A stretch of 63,976 bases of DNA, filler included. It is 6 parts of 6 records of this genome, joined end to end, with 100 filler letters (N's around TTAATTAATTAA, not from the genome) between each part and the next. Parts side by side here need not be neighbours in the genome. Positions count along the whole stretch, not along the records: positions 10,158 to 32,405 come from SRR2962707_5489; 5 more parts are not named here. One strand, 5' to 3'. Every line of letters starts with the position of its first letter. The stretch's first letter is position 1. A program made the translations under genes and the position numbers. Positions 11,436 to 21,688 of the stretch are shown here, one piece after another. The notes under the pieces are model-generated. The model was not told where the DNA came from, made no database searches, and was given only the letters and a program-made list of their open reading frames with translations.

Positions 11436-12587
11436 TCAGCTCACCGCCTTCAACAGATTGCGGGCGATGATGACCTGCTGGACCTGGCTTGTGCCTTCAT
11501 AGATGCGGAAGATGCGAACATCGCGGTAGAACCGCTCGATGCCGTAGTCGGCGACATAGCCCGCGCCGCCATGGACCTGGACCGCGCGGTCTGCGATGCG
11601 GCCGACGGCTTCCGAACAGAAGAGCTTGGCGCAGGAGCTTTCGGTGGCGACATTCTCGCCCGCATCGCGGCGACGGGCGGCATCGAGCACCATGCAGCGG
11701 CCGGCATAGGCTTCCATTTTCGAATCCGCGAGCATGGCCTGCACAAGCTGGAGATCACCGATTGGCGCGCCGAACTGCTTTCGCTCGGCAGCATATTTCA
11801 CCGAGTCTTCGACGAGGCGGTCGGCGACGCCGATGCAGACGGCGGAGATGTGGAGGCGGCCGCGCTCCAGCACCTGCATGGCAGTGACGAAGCCCTTGCC
11901 CTCCTCCGCACCGAGCAGACACTCGGCGGGAATCCGCGCGTCCTCGAAGACGACGTCGCATATGTGTGCGCCTTGCTGGCCCATCTTCTTTTCCGGCTTG
12001 CCGACATGGATGCCGGGAATGTCGCGCGGGACGACGAAAGCAGAGACGCCTTTCGCGCCCGGCGTCTTCGGGTCGGTGCGCGCCATGAGCGTGAAGGCAT
12101 GGGCCTTGTTGGCGTTGGTGATGTAGCGCTTGGTACCGTTGACGACGTAGTGGTCGCCGTCCTTGATCGCCGTAGCCTTGAGGGAGGCTGCATCGGAGCC
12201 CGCTTCCGGCTCGGTCAGCGCGAAGCTCACGATGACTTCGCCGCTCGCGATTTTCGGGAGCCAGTATTCCTTCTGGTCCTGACGGCCATGCATGACGATG
12301 CCCTGGCTGCCGATGCCGACATTGGTGCCGATCACGGAACGGAAGGCGGGCGACGTGCGGCCCAGCTCGAACATGAGGAGGCATTCCTCCTCCATGGTGA
12401 GGCCGAGGCCGCCATAATCGACGGGAACGGAAATGCCGAAGAGGCCGAGTTCCTTCATTTCCTCGACGATCTCCTCCGGTACTTTGTCGTTCTCGGAGAC
12501 CTTGTCCTCGATCGGACGAAGGCGCTCGTCGACAAAGCGACGGACGGAGGAGATGAGCTGGTCGCGTGTTTCGGCATCGAGGGCCAT
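11436..12587 (-). CDS. Acyl-CoA dehydrogenase
   Basis: FALTEPEAGSD, RKQFG, IYEGTSQVQ. Confidence 0.95.
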   Translation of the reverse strand: MALDAETRDQLISSVRRFVDERLRPIEDKVSENDKVPEEIVEEMKELGLFGISVPVDYGGLGLTMEEECLLMFELGRTSPAFRSVIGTNVGIGSQGIVMHGRQDQKEYWLPKIASGEVIVSFALTEPEAGSDAASLKATAIKDGDHYVVNGTKRYITNANKAHAFTLMARTDPKTPGAKGVSAFVVPRDIPGIHVGKPEKKMGQQGAHICDVVFEDARIPAECLLGAEEGKGFVTAMQVLERGRLHISAVCIGVADRLVEDSVKYAAERKQFGAPIGDLQLVQAMLADSKMEAYAGRCMVLDAARRRDAGENVATESSCAKLFCSEAVGRIADRAVQVHGGAGYVADYGIERFYRDVRIFRIYEGTSQVQQVIIARNLLKAVS

Positions 12588-12671
12588 GGGGTTTCCCGCC
12601 TTGTTTTCTGAAGCTGCGGGAATTTAGGCCAAGGCTCGCCAGGGGTCAAAAGAGCCGGAAAGCGGCGATCT

Positions 12672-13223
12672 TCAGCGGCGCGGAAGCTCTTGCGAGACGG
12701 AGGCGCCGAGAATGCGGTCGGTGCGGCGGCCATCGAGCGAGAACGGCAGATAGACCGCTTCGACGCTCACAAAACCGCGGGCGACATATTCCATCGTGCC
12801 GGCGACGGCGTAGGGCCGTTGCTCGTCGGCGACGAACTTGTAAAAGCTATGGAGAACCTCACTGAAGCTACCGGTATGCGACTGGCTGTCGAGGACGCGG
12901 CGGCCCCGGAAATTGGCGCCATGCGCATTCACGACATCGCCGCCCATGAGGCGATAGGTCAGATCGAAGGGTTCCCAGTTCACCTGAACCATCAGCAGAT
13001 TCGGCATATGGCGGGCGAAGCGGACGGGATCGAGTTCACCGGGACAAGGCATCGCGCGATCGCCGCGCAATTCCTTCCAGTAGGCAAGCATTTCGAGGCA
13101 GAGCGGCTCGCGCAGTTCCTTCAGACGCCGGAAGGCGATGCCGTGCGCTTCTGCTTCAGTTATGACGTCGTCATAACCGGCCAGCCGGTTCTCTTCCGCC
13201 ACGAGACTCATGCCCATACCCAT
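12672..13223 (-). CDS. Stand-alone PAS domain protein (PAS_5-like) 1
   Basis: MLAYWKELRGDRAMP..LDP..YRLMG..VYLPFS. Confidence 0.75.
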   Translation of the reverse strand: MGMGMSLVAEENRLAGYDDVITEAEAHGIAFRRLKELREPLCLEMLAYWKELRGDRAMPCPGELDPVRFARHMPNLLMVQVNWEPFDLTYRLMGGDVVNAHGANFRGRRVLDSQSHTGSFSEVLHSFYKFVADEQRPYAVAGTMEYVARGFVSVEAVYLPFSLDGRRTDRILGASVSQELPRR

Positions 13224-13368
13224 TTCACCCGCGGCCAAAGCCGCTATCCCGTTGTTCAGACTGACCGGATTTCACTAAAGGAGGTTAAATCGAGCCGTTA
13301 AAATTTGAAGCAGTTTCAGATTGCCCATCGCGCCGGATACCCGCGCCGAGAAAAGGCCCCGCGAACGA

Positions 13369-13881
13369 TCAGGCGATACCCTCGGCAGGACCATACAAAG
13401 CGGCGCCCATGATGTGCGCGACCGCGCCATCTGGCGCTGCGAGCGGGAGATAGATCGCCTTGAAGGCGCGGAATTCGCGGTCGACGAAGCTCATGGTGCC
13501 GGACGCGGCGACGGCTTTCCTGCACCGAACCACGTGCGAATAGAATTCATGGAGGGAACCACCATAGCCCGGCCACCAGCAATCGAGTTCCCGGACATCC
13601 ATTCCGGTGAAGTTGTGCCCGTGCGCCTCTACGTTTTCGTCTCCGGCGAGACTGTAGACGAAGGCAAGCGGGTCGCAATCGACTCGAACCATGAAAACGT
13701 GGGGAAGAAGTCGCGGAAAGTGAACGGGATTGATATCAGCGCGCGCCGGCATGTCGCTGCCATTGCGCCGCTCTTCCCAATAGCGAAGAAGATTGCCCAG
13801 CGCGGGATCGTCAAGTTCACCTAGCGGGACAAGGCGGGAACTGCGTTCAACGCGCCTGTCCTCCCTTACTGCGATACTCAT
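13369..13881 (-). CDS. Stand-alone PAS domain protein (PAS_5-like) 2
   Basis: LLRYWEERRNGSDMPARADINP..YSLAG..IYLPL. Confidence 0.78.
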   Translation of the reverse strand: MSIAVREDRRVERSSRLVPLGELDDPALGNLLRYWEERRNGSDMPARADINPVHFPRLLPHVFMVRVDCDPLAFVYSLAGDENVEAHGHNFTGMDVRELDCWWPGYGGSLHEFYSHVVRCRKAVAASGTMSFVDREFRAFKAIYLPLAAPDGAVAHIMGAALYGPAEGIA

Positions 13882-14047
13882 GGTTGTTCGGTTTCCTGAA
13901 ATAGCGATACGAGCAGTCTCCCCCCGCAAGGTAACGAAGGGCTTAAGACGCGAAAGACGGAACCCGAAAAGATTGTCGCATGCTTTTGAACCTGCGAGCT
14001 TCCTGCTAAAAGCGCCGCAACAGGAACCAGAAGACAGGCGTCACCCG

Positions 14048-14491
14048 ATGAATACGAGTTTGAGCGGCCGGCTTGCCGGATATCAGAGCTGGGACGGACA
14101 CGACCCTTTCGAGGACCATGCCGGACCCTTCTTCTTCCGCAAGCACGAGGACGGGCGCGTGACCTGCGCTTTCGAGGCTACGCCGACGCATTGCAACGGC
14201 GGTGGCTTCCTGCATGGCGGCATGCTGATGACCTTCGCCGACTATTCGCTCTTTGCCATCGGCAGCGACGTGCTCGACGGACCGGCCGTCACCGTCTCTT
14301 TCTCGGCTGAATTCACGGCGGCGGCGGGCGCTGGCGAATTTGTGGAAGCACGCGGCGAGATCGTGCAGAACACGGGGAGCATGGTGTTCCTTCGCGGCCA
14401 GGTCTTCACCGGCGCGGGCGAGAACGAACGCATACTCCTCAACTTTTCGGGCATCGTGAAGCGCGTGAAGAAGCGGCCGCTCTCGGACTGA
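14048..14491 (+). CDS. PaaI family thioesterase
   Basis: HCNGGGFLHGGMLMTFAD hot-dog motif. Confidence 0.88.
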   Translation: MNTSLSGRLAGYQSWDGHDPFEDHAGPFFFRKHEDGRVTCAFEATPTHCNGGGFLHGGMLMTFADYSLFAIGSDVLDGPAVTVSFSAEFTAAAGAGEFVEARGEIVQNTGSMVFLRGQVFTGAGENERILLNFSGIVKRVKKRPLSD

Positions 14492-14497
14492 CGGGGT

Positions 14498-15067
14498 TCA
14501 CGAACCCACGCTGGGACCGCGAGGACGCAAGGCTGCCGACTGCCGGTGCTGGTTCAGGGATTGCTGGTAGGTAACCGTGACATCCAGGAAACGGTCGATC
14601 CGTTCGCCATCGCTCGAGAGAGGAAGGTACAAGGCCTCATAGCTCTTGTAACTCTTGTCGAGCATATCCTGCGTGCCCTTTACCGCTGCAGGACGACGTT
14701 CCTCCAGCAGCCATGTGTAGAAGTTCTGAAGCAGGTTTCCGAGCCCCGGCAGCTTCCTGTTGAAAGCGAGAACGTCCATTCCCTTCGGATTGAATCCGAG
14801 ACTCGCAATCACTTCTTCTCCGGCGACGCGCACGGTAAAGCGCACGGGGTACTGCTCCACGCCGATCAGGGTGATTCTGGCTGCGTGACGCGCGAAATCG
14901 GCAAAGTTCATCTCCGTGGGCGACGGCATCGGCCGGTCTCCCTTCTTTCGCGTCCAGTATTCCAGCATGTATAGCGTCACGGGGTCGGAGAGTTCCGACA
15001 GGTCGACGAGTCGTGCTTTCGTCGTCCTCGCTTCCGCAATTAATTCGTCTTCAGGCAGCATGGTCAC
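14498..15067 (-). CDS. Stand-alone PAS domain protein (PAS_5-like) 3
   Basis: LEYWTRKKGDRPMP..VRVAG..EALYLPLSSDG. Confidence 0.75.
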   Translation of the reverse strand: MTMLPEDELIAEARTTKARLVDLSELSDPVTLYMLEYWTRKKGDRPMPSPTEMNFADFARHAARITLIGVEQYPVRFTVRVAGEEVIASLGFNPKGMDVLAFNRKLPGLGNLLQNFYTWLLEERRPAAVKGTQDMLDKSYKSYEALYLPLSSDGERIDRFLDVTVTYQQSLNQHRQSAALRPRGPSVGS

Positions 15068-15101
15068 TTTCCTCGCAAAGCGGATATTGCGAGGGTGGCG
15101 A

Positions 15102-15116
15102 TTAACGAGTTTTTAA
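15102..15116. promoter_or_regulatory. CtrA-type box TTAA-N7-TTAA
   Basis: TTAA cgagttt TTAA, about 35 nt upstream of PAS gene 3. Confidence 0.6.
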
Positions 15117-15218
15117 ACCCCGGCGGCGGGAAATCGCGACTTCACCGAATTCGGCTGGAATCCGTCAATTCGCTGCTACAAATTCCATCTGAGCCGCCGC
15201 AAGAACGGACGATTTTTC

Positions 15219-16256
15219 ATGGTCACATTGAGCGTTCTCGACCAGTCCCCGATCCGCAAGGGCGGGACGGCCGCCGAAGCGATTGCGAATACGATCGAGC
15301 TGGCGCAAGCCGCCGAGCGATTCGGCTATAGCCGCTACTGGCTGGCGGAACATCACAACACGTCATCCTTTGCGGGTTCCGCTCCCGAAGTTCTGATCGG
15401 CGCGGTCGCGGGCGCGACGAGCCGCATCCGCGTTGGGTCGGGCGGCGTCATGCTGCCGCATTACAGCCCGCTGAAAGTCGCCGAGTGTTTCCGCCTGCTT
15501 GAGACGCTTTATCCGGGCCGCATCGACCTCGGGCTTGGGCGCGCGCCGGGCAGCGACATGCGGACGTCACGAGCGCTGCAGCCCGGCCCGCAGGCCTACG
15601 ATGTCGGTGTGTTTCCGCAACAGGTGGAACTACTGCGGCAGTTCCTTGAAGATTCGACAGGGCTCGCGGGAGAAGCCGGCGGCTTTCCCGCCGACCATCC
15701 CTATACCGGCCTTCATGCTACCCCTCGCGGTCCCGGCCTTCCGGATTTGTGGATGTTGGGCTCGGGCGGAGACGGCGCCATCATCGCGGCGCAATTCGGC
15801 CTGGCCTATTGCTTCGCGCATTTCATCAATCAGGACGCAGGCACGGAACCGCTCGAACTCTACCGGCGAAACTTCCGCGCTTCTCGAGACCTGACCTCAC
15901 CCAAGGGGTCCATCGCGGTCTCCGTCACAGTGGCGGAGACCGAAGACGAGGCAAAGAGGATATCCTCCTCGCGCAACCTCTGGGTGATGCACCTCCTGCA
16001 GAACCGGGCAGGCTCCTTCCCCTCCATCGAAGAAGCGCTCAACTATCCTTATACGGATGAGGATCGCACCATGCTGCGCGCCATAGACAAGCGCGGCTTC
16101 ACAGGGACGCCCGAGCAGGTTCGCGGGCGGCTGTTGGCGCTCGGCGAGGCACACGGCGTGGATGAGTTCGTGATCCTCACGATCACCTATGACCAGAAAG
16201 ACCGGGTGCGTTCCTACGAGCTTCTGGCAGAGGCCATGGGTGTGACGTCTTCCTGA
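15219..16256 (+). CDS. LLM class flavin-dependent oxidoreductase (luciferase-like)
   Basis: YWLAEHH, GSGGVMLPHYSP, GRIDLGLGRAPG. Confidence 0.92.
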   Translation: MVTLSVLDQSPIRKGGTAAEAIANTIELAQAAERFGYSRYWLAEHHNTSSFAGSAPEVLIGAVAGATSRIRVGSGGVMLPHYSPLKVAECFRLLETLYPGRIDLGLGRAPGSDMRTSRALQPGPQAYDVGVFPQQVELLRQFLEDSTGLAGEAGGFPADHPYTGLHATPRGPGLPDLWMLGSGGDGAIIAAQFGLAYCFAHFINQDAGTEPLELYRRNFRASRDLTSPKGSIAVSVTVAETEDEAKRISSSRNLWVMHLLQNRAGSFPSIEEALNYPYTDEDRTMLRAIDKRGFTGTPEQVRGRLLALGEAHGVDEFVILTITYDQKDRVRSYELLAEAMGVTSS

Positions 16257-16507
16257 GCAGCAACCGGCACCGGACGCTCACCACGCCCCGTGCAGATTGG
16301 CGCCGCCGCAATCTCAGCGAAAAGAGAACGATCATTCGCTTCGGCGCGCGCTGCATAGTGGGTGAAATGCCCGGCAACGAAAAAAGCCAGAACAAGCGGC
16401 ACCACCATCACGACGGCGAGACCGGTTCGGCCAAAGGAGACCAGAAGCCTCCTCCACCAAACCGGAACGGCCAACGCCGCCGCCATACCCACCATGCAAC
16501 AGAGCAT
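16214..16507 (-). CDS. Small membrane protein, hypothetical
   Basis: Two hydrophobic segments; lies directly after the DUF899 gene on the same strand. Confidence 0.5.
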   Translation of the reverse strand: MLCCMVGMAAALAVPVWWRRLLVSFGRTGLAVVMVVPLVLAFFVAGHFTHYAARAEANDRSLFAEIAAAPICTGRGERPVPVAAQEDVTPMASARSS

Positions 16508-16522
16508 CTTCCGTCCCGCGCG

Positions 16523-17248
16523 TCAGGCCGCGTGACAGCAGGAAGAGCCGGTGCCCTCATACTCATCGTGGCGCCGTACCCAGCTCATGATGCCGTCCTC
16601 GTTGCGCCCCTTCGGCACCATGTCGAGGAAAGCAAAGGCCGACATGGAAGCTTCCGAACCACGCGCATAAGTCGAGTAGGTGTGGAAGATGTCGCCTGCG
16701 TCGTTCTTCGCGAAGACGCTCATGCCGTGCAGGTCTTCCATCTTGAAATCCAGCGGCGCGTAGTTGTATTCGGCGGTACCGTTGTCGAGCTGTTCGGGCG
16801 TGAAGGAGACCCCGAAATCATAGTTGAAGCTGTTGTTGCCGGAGGAAACCCAATTGAACTTCCAGCCCATGCGGCGCGCGACGGCGGCAATGTGCTCCGG
16901 CTCGGCGCGCGAGACGGCGGCATAAGAAAGGTCCGCATTCTCGAAATGCTGCCTCGCGGCGTCGACATGATCGGCGCCGAAAGCACAGCCGGTGCAGATG
17001 TCTTCCGAACCGGGCGCCAGCATGACGTGCTGGACGAGAAGCTGACTGCGGCCCTCGAAGAGATCGGCGAGGTTGACCTTTCCTTTCGGGCCGTCGAAGA
17101 CATATTCCTTGTCGAGTTTTACCCAAGGAAGCGTGCGGCGGGTTTCGGCCACGCGGTCGCGCGCCCTTGTCACTTCCTTTTCCTCAACGAGAAGCGCCTT
17201 GCGCGCCTCAAGCCATTCTTTGCGGGATGCAATCTTCGGAGCAATCAT
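16523..17248 (-). CDS. DUF899 thioredoxin-like protein
   Basis: WLEARKALL..RRTLPW..LADLFEGRSQL..CTGC..FHTYSTYARG..KGRNE. Confidence 0.9.
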   Translation of the reverse strand: MIAPKIASRKEWLEARKALLVEEKEVTRARDRVAETRRTLPWVKLDKEYVFDGPKGKVNLADLFEGRSQLLVQHVMLAPGSEDICTGCAFGADHVDAARQHFENADLSYAAVSRAEPEHIAAVARRMGWKFNWVSSGNNSFNYDFGVSFTPEQLDNGTAEYNYAPLDFKMEDLHGMSVFAKNDAGDIFHTYSTYARGSEASMSAFAFLDMVPKGRNEDGIMSWVRRHDEYEGTGSSCCHAA

Positions 17249-17261
17249 CTCGAAATCTCCT

Positions 17262-17639
17262 CTATTCGGGTTTGGCGACAAGGTCGACAATCGCCTTGAA
17301 GCCGCCATACATCATTCGCTTCGCATCGAAAGGAATGTCTTTTGGTGGTTCCGCCATGCGAGGGTCAGCCATGACCTTCTTGTTCACGCGGTCGCGATGC
17401 GCGCGCGATTTGTAGGTGATGAAGGCGAAGACAATGGTTTCGCCCGCCTTCACCTTCGTGCCCTTCATGAAGGAGAGCACGCCGTCGATGTTGAGATCGT
17501 CGCCAGCGCATTCCTTGTAGTCGAGCGCGCCATGCTCGATCCATATCTTGCCCGCCTTGCCCGCCTTGCGCGACATGCGGCGATAGGCGTCGATGTTCTT
17601 CTTCGGCACCGGAACGACAAAGCCATCCACATAGGTCAT
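17262..17639 (-). CDS. DUF1428 (YbaA-like) protein
   Basis: YVDGFVVPVP..HGAL..PFDAKRMMYGGF. Confidence 0.9.
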   Translation of the reverse strand: MTYVDGFVVPVPKKNIDAYRRMSRKAGKAGKIWIEHGALDYKECAGDDLNIDGVLSFMKGTKVKAGETIVFAFITYKSRAHRDRVNKKVMADPRMAEPPKDIPFDAKRMMYGGFKAIVDLVAKPE

Positions 17640-17666
17640 TTCTTTTCTCCCGATCAAAAGGCGACG

Positions 17667-18059
17667 TTACTTGCGTTTGCCGCCCGGGGGACGGCCGGAG
17701 CGCGGCGTCTTGCTCCTGGGCGCCGCCGCATCTTCCGCTTCGAGCATGGCGGCCAGGCGATCGAGATTTCCAGCCCAGAAGCGCTTGTAGCGGTTGAGCC
17801 ACTCCGTCGCCTCCTGCATGGGGCCGGCGTTGAGCGAACAGGAAACAGTGCGGCCTTCCTTGCGCTTCTCGATGAGGCCCGCGTCGTTCAGCACATTGAG
17901 GTGCTTCATCACCGCAGGCAGCGACATTGAAAACGGCCGTGCGAGATCGCTTACCGAAACCCTGTCCTCGCCCTCAAGACGCGCGAGAAGCGCGCGCCTT
18001 GTCGGATCGGCGAGCGCGGCGAATGTGCGGTCCAGCACTTCTTCTTGAAACTTAACCAT
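17667..18059 (-). CDS. ArsR/SmtB family regulator
   Basis: FAALADPTRRALL..MSLPAVMKHL..GR. Confidence 0.9.
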   Translation of the reverse strand: MVKFQEEVLDRTFAALADPTRRALLARLEGEDRVSVSDLARPFSMSLPAVMKHLNVLNDAGLIEKRKEGRTVSCSLNAGPMQEATEWLNRYKRFWAGNLDRLAAMLEAEDAAAPRSKTPRSGRPPGGKRK

Positions 18060-18067
18060 GTGGTAAA
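18052..18067. promoter_or_regulatory. Near-palindromic operator over the ArsR start codon (probable autoregulation)
   Basis: TTAACCATGTGGTAAA. Confidence 0.45.
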
Positions 18068-18114
18068 GTATGGGGAGGTGGCCCTGCCCTGTCAAGCCAC
18101 TCGTTGAAAGATTG

Positions 18115-19533
18115 CTAGTCCGCCGTCAGGCGGCGGAGCTCCGTGCGCCGCGCGATACGCCGCTCAAGAGCGGTACGCAAGCGCACCTGCCGTTCCTGCG
18201 TGATCGGGTAACGCATGATGATCGCTATCGAAATCAGCCAGAGCACGAGCGGCACGAGGCAATACATTACGAGAAGCGCAAACAGCGCCTCCGGCGAATT
18301 ATTCTCGGACTGCGCATTGAAGCCGACCCAGGCGAGAATGGGCAACGCAATGCCGACGCCCGCCGCTTCAAACGTCTTTCGTACCATGCCCAGGAAAGCG
18401 AACATGAAGGCGGCGCGTTGCTCGCCGCTTTTCAGCGTATCGAGATCGACAACGTCGGCCATGATCGACGGTCCGAGGATCGGGGCGGCACCGAGCGCAA
18501 GCCCCTGCACGATGTTGATGAAGAGGAGGCAGGGTAGAACGAGTTCGGGGGCTGCCGGTTTGACCACATAGATGACGAGCGGCACCAGCGCGAAGACGAA
18601 CATGGAAGCGATGCCCGCAACCGCGATCGCCTTGTGCTTGCCGATGCGCCCGCCGAGCCAGACCCAGATGGGCGAACCGAGAACGCCCGCGACGAAGAGT
18701 GCGAAAATGAGGATGGTGCCCGCCTGGCCGATATCGGCGACATGCTCGAAGAAGAAGATGACGACGCCAATATTTATCGAGCCGGCGAGCGCGCCGAAAA
18801 TCGAACTCAGGAGAACAATGCGGAACGGGCCGTTCTTCATCGCGACACGCAGGCCGCGCCGGAAAGGGATCGATCTCGTCTCATGAAACTTCGGCTCAGG
18901 CACGGAGGAGAAAACGATCAGTACACAGATGGGCAATATCAGCGCAGTGAGCCAGCCTAGAACGCCAACGGCAGAGCGGCTCGCGGCGCCCTCATCGGCG
19001 GATGCCCCGCTCCAGTAAGCGCCGACGATGGGCGCAGAGATCGCAACCAGCAGGCCGGCAAGGAGGAATATCTCCCGGCTGCCCGTGATGCGATTGCGCT
19101 CCTTGTAGTCGCCGGAAAGCTCTGCACCCCACGCACCGTAAGGAATGGTGATGAGCGTGTAGCCGAGATAGATCGCCGCGATCCATGTCAGCAGATAGAG
19201 GTTCGAGACTTCGCTCGGAGGCACGAAGAGCATGAGTGCGGAAACCATCATCACCGGCACGCCCGCGAGTACCCACGGGCGGCGGCGGCCGAAGCGCGTC
19301 CGCGTGCGGTCGGAGAGACGGCCAATCAATGGATCGGTGATGACGTCCGTGATGCGCGCCAGCATGAGAATGAGACCGACGGCGGCGAGATCGAGGCCGA
19401 GCGTGCCTGAATAGAAGGGCGGGATGTAGACCGCGACCGGCAAACCGATCACGGCGAGCGGCACAACAAGCTGGCCATAGGCGACGAGCTGCCACGCCGA
19501 CAGGCGCGGCGCGCCCTTTTCCTCTTCCGCCAT
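18115..19533 (-). CDS. MFS transporter, GPH/MelB-like
   Basis: DVITDPLIGRLSDRTRTRFGRRRPW, about 12 TM segments. Confidence 0.9.
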   Translation of the reverse strand: MAEEEKGAPRLSAWQLVAYGQLVVPLAVIGLPVAVYIPPFYSGTLGLDLAAVGLILMLARITDVITDPLIGRLSDRTRTRFGRRRPWVLAGVPVMMVSALMLFVPPSEVSNLYLLTWIAAIYLGYTLITIPYGAWGAELSGDYKERNRITGSREIFLLAGLLVAISAPIVGAYWSGASADEGAASRSAVGVLGWLTALILPICVLIVFSSVPEPKFHETRSIPFRRGLRVAMKNGPFRIVLLSSIFGALAGSINIGVVIFFFEHVADIGQAGTILIFALFVAGVLGSPIWVWLGGRIGKHKAIAVAGIASMFVFALVPLVIYVVKPAAPELVLPCLLFINIVQGLALGAAPILGPSIMADVVDLDTLKSGEQRAAFMFAFLGMVRKTFEAAGVGIALPILAWVGFNAQSENNSPEALFALLVMYCLVPLVLWLISIAIIMRYPITQERQVRLRTALERRIARRTELRRLTAD

Positions 19534-19786
19534 GTGCTCCTCCCCAGGGCCGGCCAACTAACTAGTAAATTCAGCTTACTAATATCGACGCGCGGTGCAA
19601 TCGCTTCGGTGCGGATTTGTCAGCGTTTTCGCGCAATTTACCGGTTCAGGCTGCGTTCAGGTTGGAAACGCGATTATCAGCCTTGCCGGTGGGTCGAGAG
19701 GTCATCGGTTTTTTCCACCCTTTGTATGAGTTTCGGGTGGAGATTGGCGGCGTCCGTTCCGTACCCCGCGGACGCCGCCTTTTCTA

Positions 19787-20398
19787 TCAGGCTGCTGCGC
19801 TTGGCCGCGACGAGACGCGCTCGTGCCAAGCATGAAGATGCGGCGTTTCCTCCGGCATGGCGAGCCCGGCAAAGCCGGCGAAATCGACCGTGCAGAGCGC
19901 AGTGATATCGGCCGCCGAGAAATAGTCGCCCAGCAGGAATGTCCGACCTTCGAGTTCCCTGTCGAGCCAGCGGAAGGCGGCTTCCGCCCCTTCCCTGTTC
20001 GCTTCGCCGAAATCGTTGAACTGCTTCACGACCTTGGCCGTGTAGGGATGCGCATGGCGCCAGAAATTTCCGACGGGGCCCATCAGCGCGAATTCGACGC
20101 GGCGGAGCCACATGTCGACTTGCGCCCGCTCCAGCGCGTTGCGTCCGAAGAGCGGATTTTCGGGGTGCATTTCCTCAAGGTAACGACAGATCGACACGCT
20201 TTCGGAAATGGTTGCGCCGTCATCGAGTTCAAGGACCGGCGTCTGGCCGAGCGAGTTCTTTTTGCGGAATTCCTCCGACTTGTGTTCACGCTTCATGAGC
20301 GCGACTTCTTCGAGCGGCAGGTCGATGCCCTTCTCCGCCGCGAAGATGCGGACCCGACGCGGATTGGGCGCAGGCATGGCCGAATTGTAGAGTTTCAA
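19787..20398 (-). CDS. Glutathione S-transferase family
   Basis: PNPRRVRIF, TPVLELDDG..ISES; TTG start preceded by GGAGG. Confidence 0.9.
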   Translation of the reverse strand: MKLYNSAMPAPNPRRVRIFAAEKGIDLPLEEVALMKREHKSEEFRKKNSLGQTPVLELDDGATISESVSICRYLEEMHPENPLFGRNALERAQVDMWLRRVEFALMGPVGNFWRHAHPYTAKVVKQFNDFGEANREGAEAAFRWLDRELEGRTFLLGDYFSAADITALCTVDFAGFAGLAMPEETPHLHAWHERVSSRPSAAA

Positions 20399-20428
20399 GA
20401 TAGTCCTCCCCGTGGTTGTTTTTTGTTT

Positions 20429-21688
20429 TCAGGTAATGAGACCGATCACCGCGCCCGTCATCGAGGTCGCGAGCGTGCCGGACACAATGGCGCGGGTGCC
20501 GAGTGTGACGATATCGGCGCGGCGTGACGGCACGAGCGCCGTCAACCCGCCGATCAGGATGCCGACCGAGCCGAAATTCGCAAAACCGCAAAGCGCATAG
20601 ACCATGATAAGGGTCGAGCGCTCCGACAAGGCGCCATCGGGCAGGCGGGCGAGATCGAGATAGGCGATAAGCTCGTTGAGGATCGTCTTGGTGCCCATGA
20701 GCTGACCGGCGGTGTGCATCTCGCCCGGCGGTACGCCCATCGCCCAGACGAGCGGCGAAAAGAGCCAGCCAAGCATGCGCTGAAGCGTGAGCGGCGCGCC
20801 CCAGAGGTCCGGCAGCAGCGCGAGCAGAATGTTCACCAACGCAACAAGCGCAACCATCACGACAAGCATGGCGATGATGTTGAGGAGAAGCTGCAGCCCT
20901 TCGAAGGTGCCGCGCGTCACCGCATCCATGCTGCTCTGGTATTCGAGGAAGGGCACGTCATCGCCGATGCCCGTCGGCGCTGCGAACGGTTCTTCCGGCA
21001 CCATGAGGCGGGCGACGAGAATAGCGGCCGGGAGCGAGACGAGCGAGGCGACGAGGATCTGCCCGAGCGCGCCGGGGACAACCGGCTCGATGACGCTGGC
21101 ATAAAGAACGAGGACAGTGCCGGAAACGGTCGCGAGGCCGACCGTCATGGTCATGAAGAGCTCGGATCGGGTCAGCTTTTCCAGATAGGGCCTGATGAGG
21201 AGCGGCGCCTCAACCATGCCGACGAACGCATTGGCGGCGGAGGCGAGCCCGACGGCGCCGCCGATGCCCATGGTCTTCTGGAGGACGACGCCAAAACCGC
21301 GCGTGACCCAGCCGAGGATTTTCCAGTGCCAGAAGAGCGCCGAGAGCGCCGACATGACGAGGACCAGCGGCAGAGCCTGGAAGGCGAGGATGAAATTGTT
21401 TTGCGGTGCTTCCGTCACGAAGGGGGCTTCACCACCGCCCACATAGCCGAAGACAAAGCCTGTGCCCGCCCTCGTCGCCGCAGTGAGCCCGTCGACAACG
21501 CCGTTCAGCGCGAGGAGTGCTCCCTGGGATGCCGGAAGTTTCAGCAGCAGAAGCGCGAGGCCGATCTGGACCGCGAGGCCCACAGCCACGGCACGGAGCG
21601 GGAAGACGCGGCGGTTTTCGCTCAGGGCCCAGGCAAGCGCCACGATGAGGGCGAGCCCGAAGGCGCTCTGAAGGGAATAAAGGGTCAT
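20429..21688 (-). CDS. CNT family nucleoside transporter (NupC-like)
   Basis: FVGMVEAP, ATVSG, NELIAY, LCGFANFGS. Confidence 0.92.
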   Translation of the reverse strand: MTLYSLQSAFGLALIVALAWALSENRRVFPLRAVAVGLAVQIGLALLLLKLPASQGALLALNGVVDGLTAATRAGTGFVFGYVGGGEAPFVTEAPQNNFILAFQALPLVLVMSALSALFWHWKILGWVTRGFGVVLQKTMGIGGAVGLASAANAFVGMVEAPLLIRPYLEKLTRSELFMTMTVGLATVSGTVLVLYASVIEPVVPGALGQILVASLVSLPAAILVARLMVPEEPFAAPTGIGDDVPFLEYQSSMDAVTRGTFEGLQLLLNIIAMLVVMVALVALVNILLALLPDLWGAPLTLQRMLGWLFSPLVWAMGVPPGEMHTAGQLMGTKTILNELIAYLDLARLPDGALSERSTLIMVYALCGFANFGSVGILIGGLTALVPSRRADIVTLGTRAIVSGTLATSMTGAVIGLIT

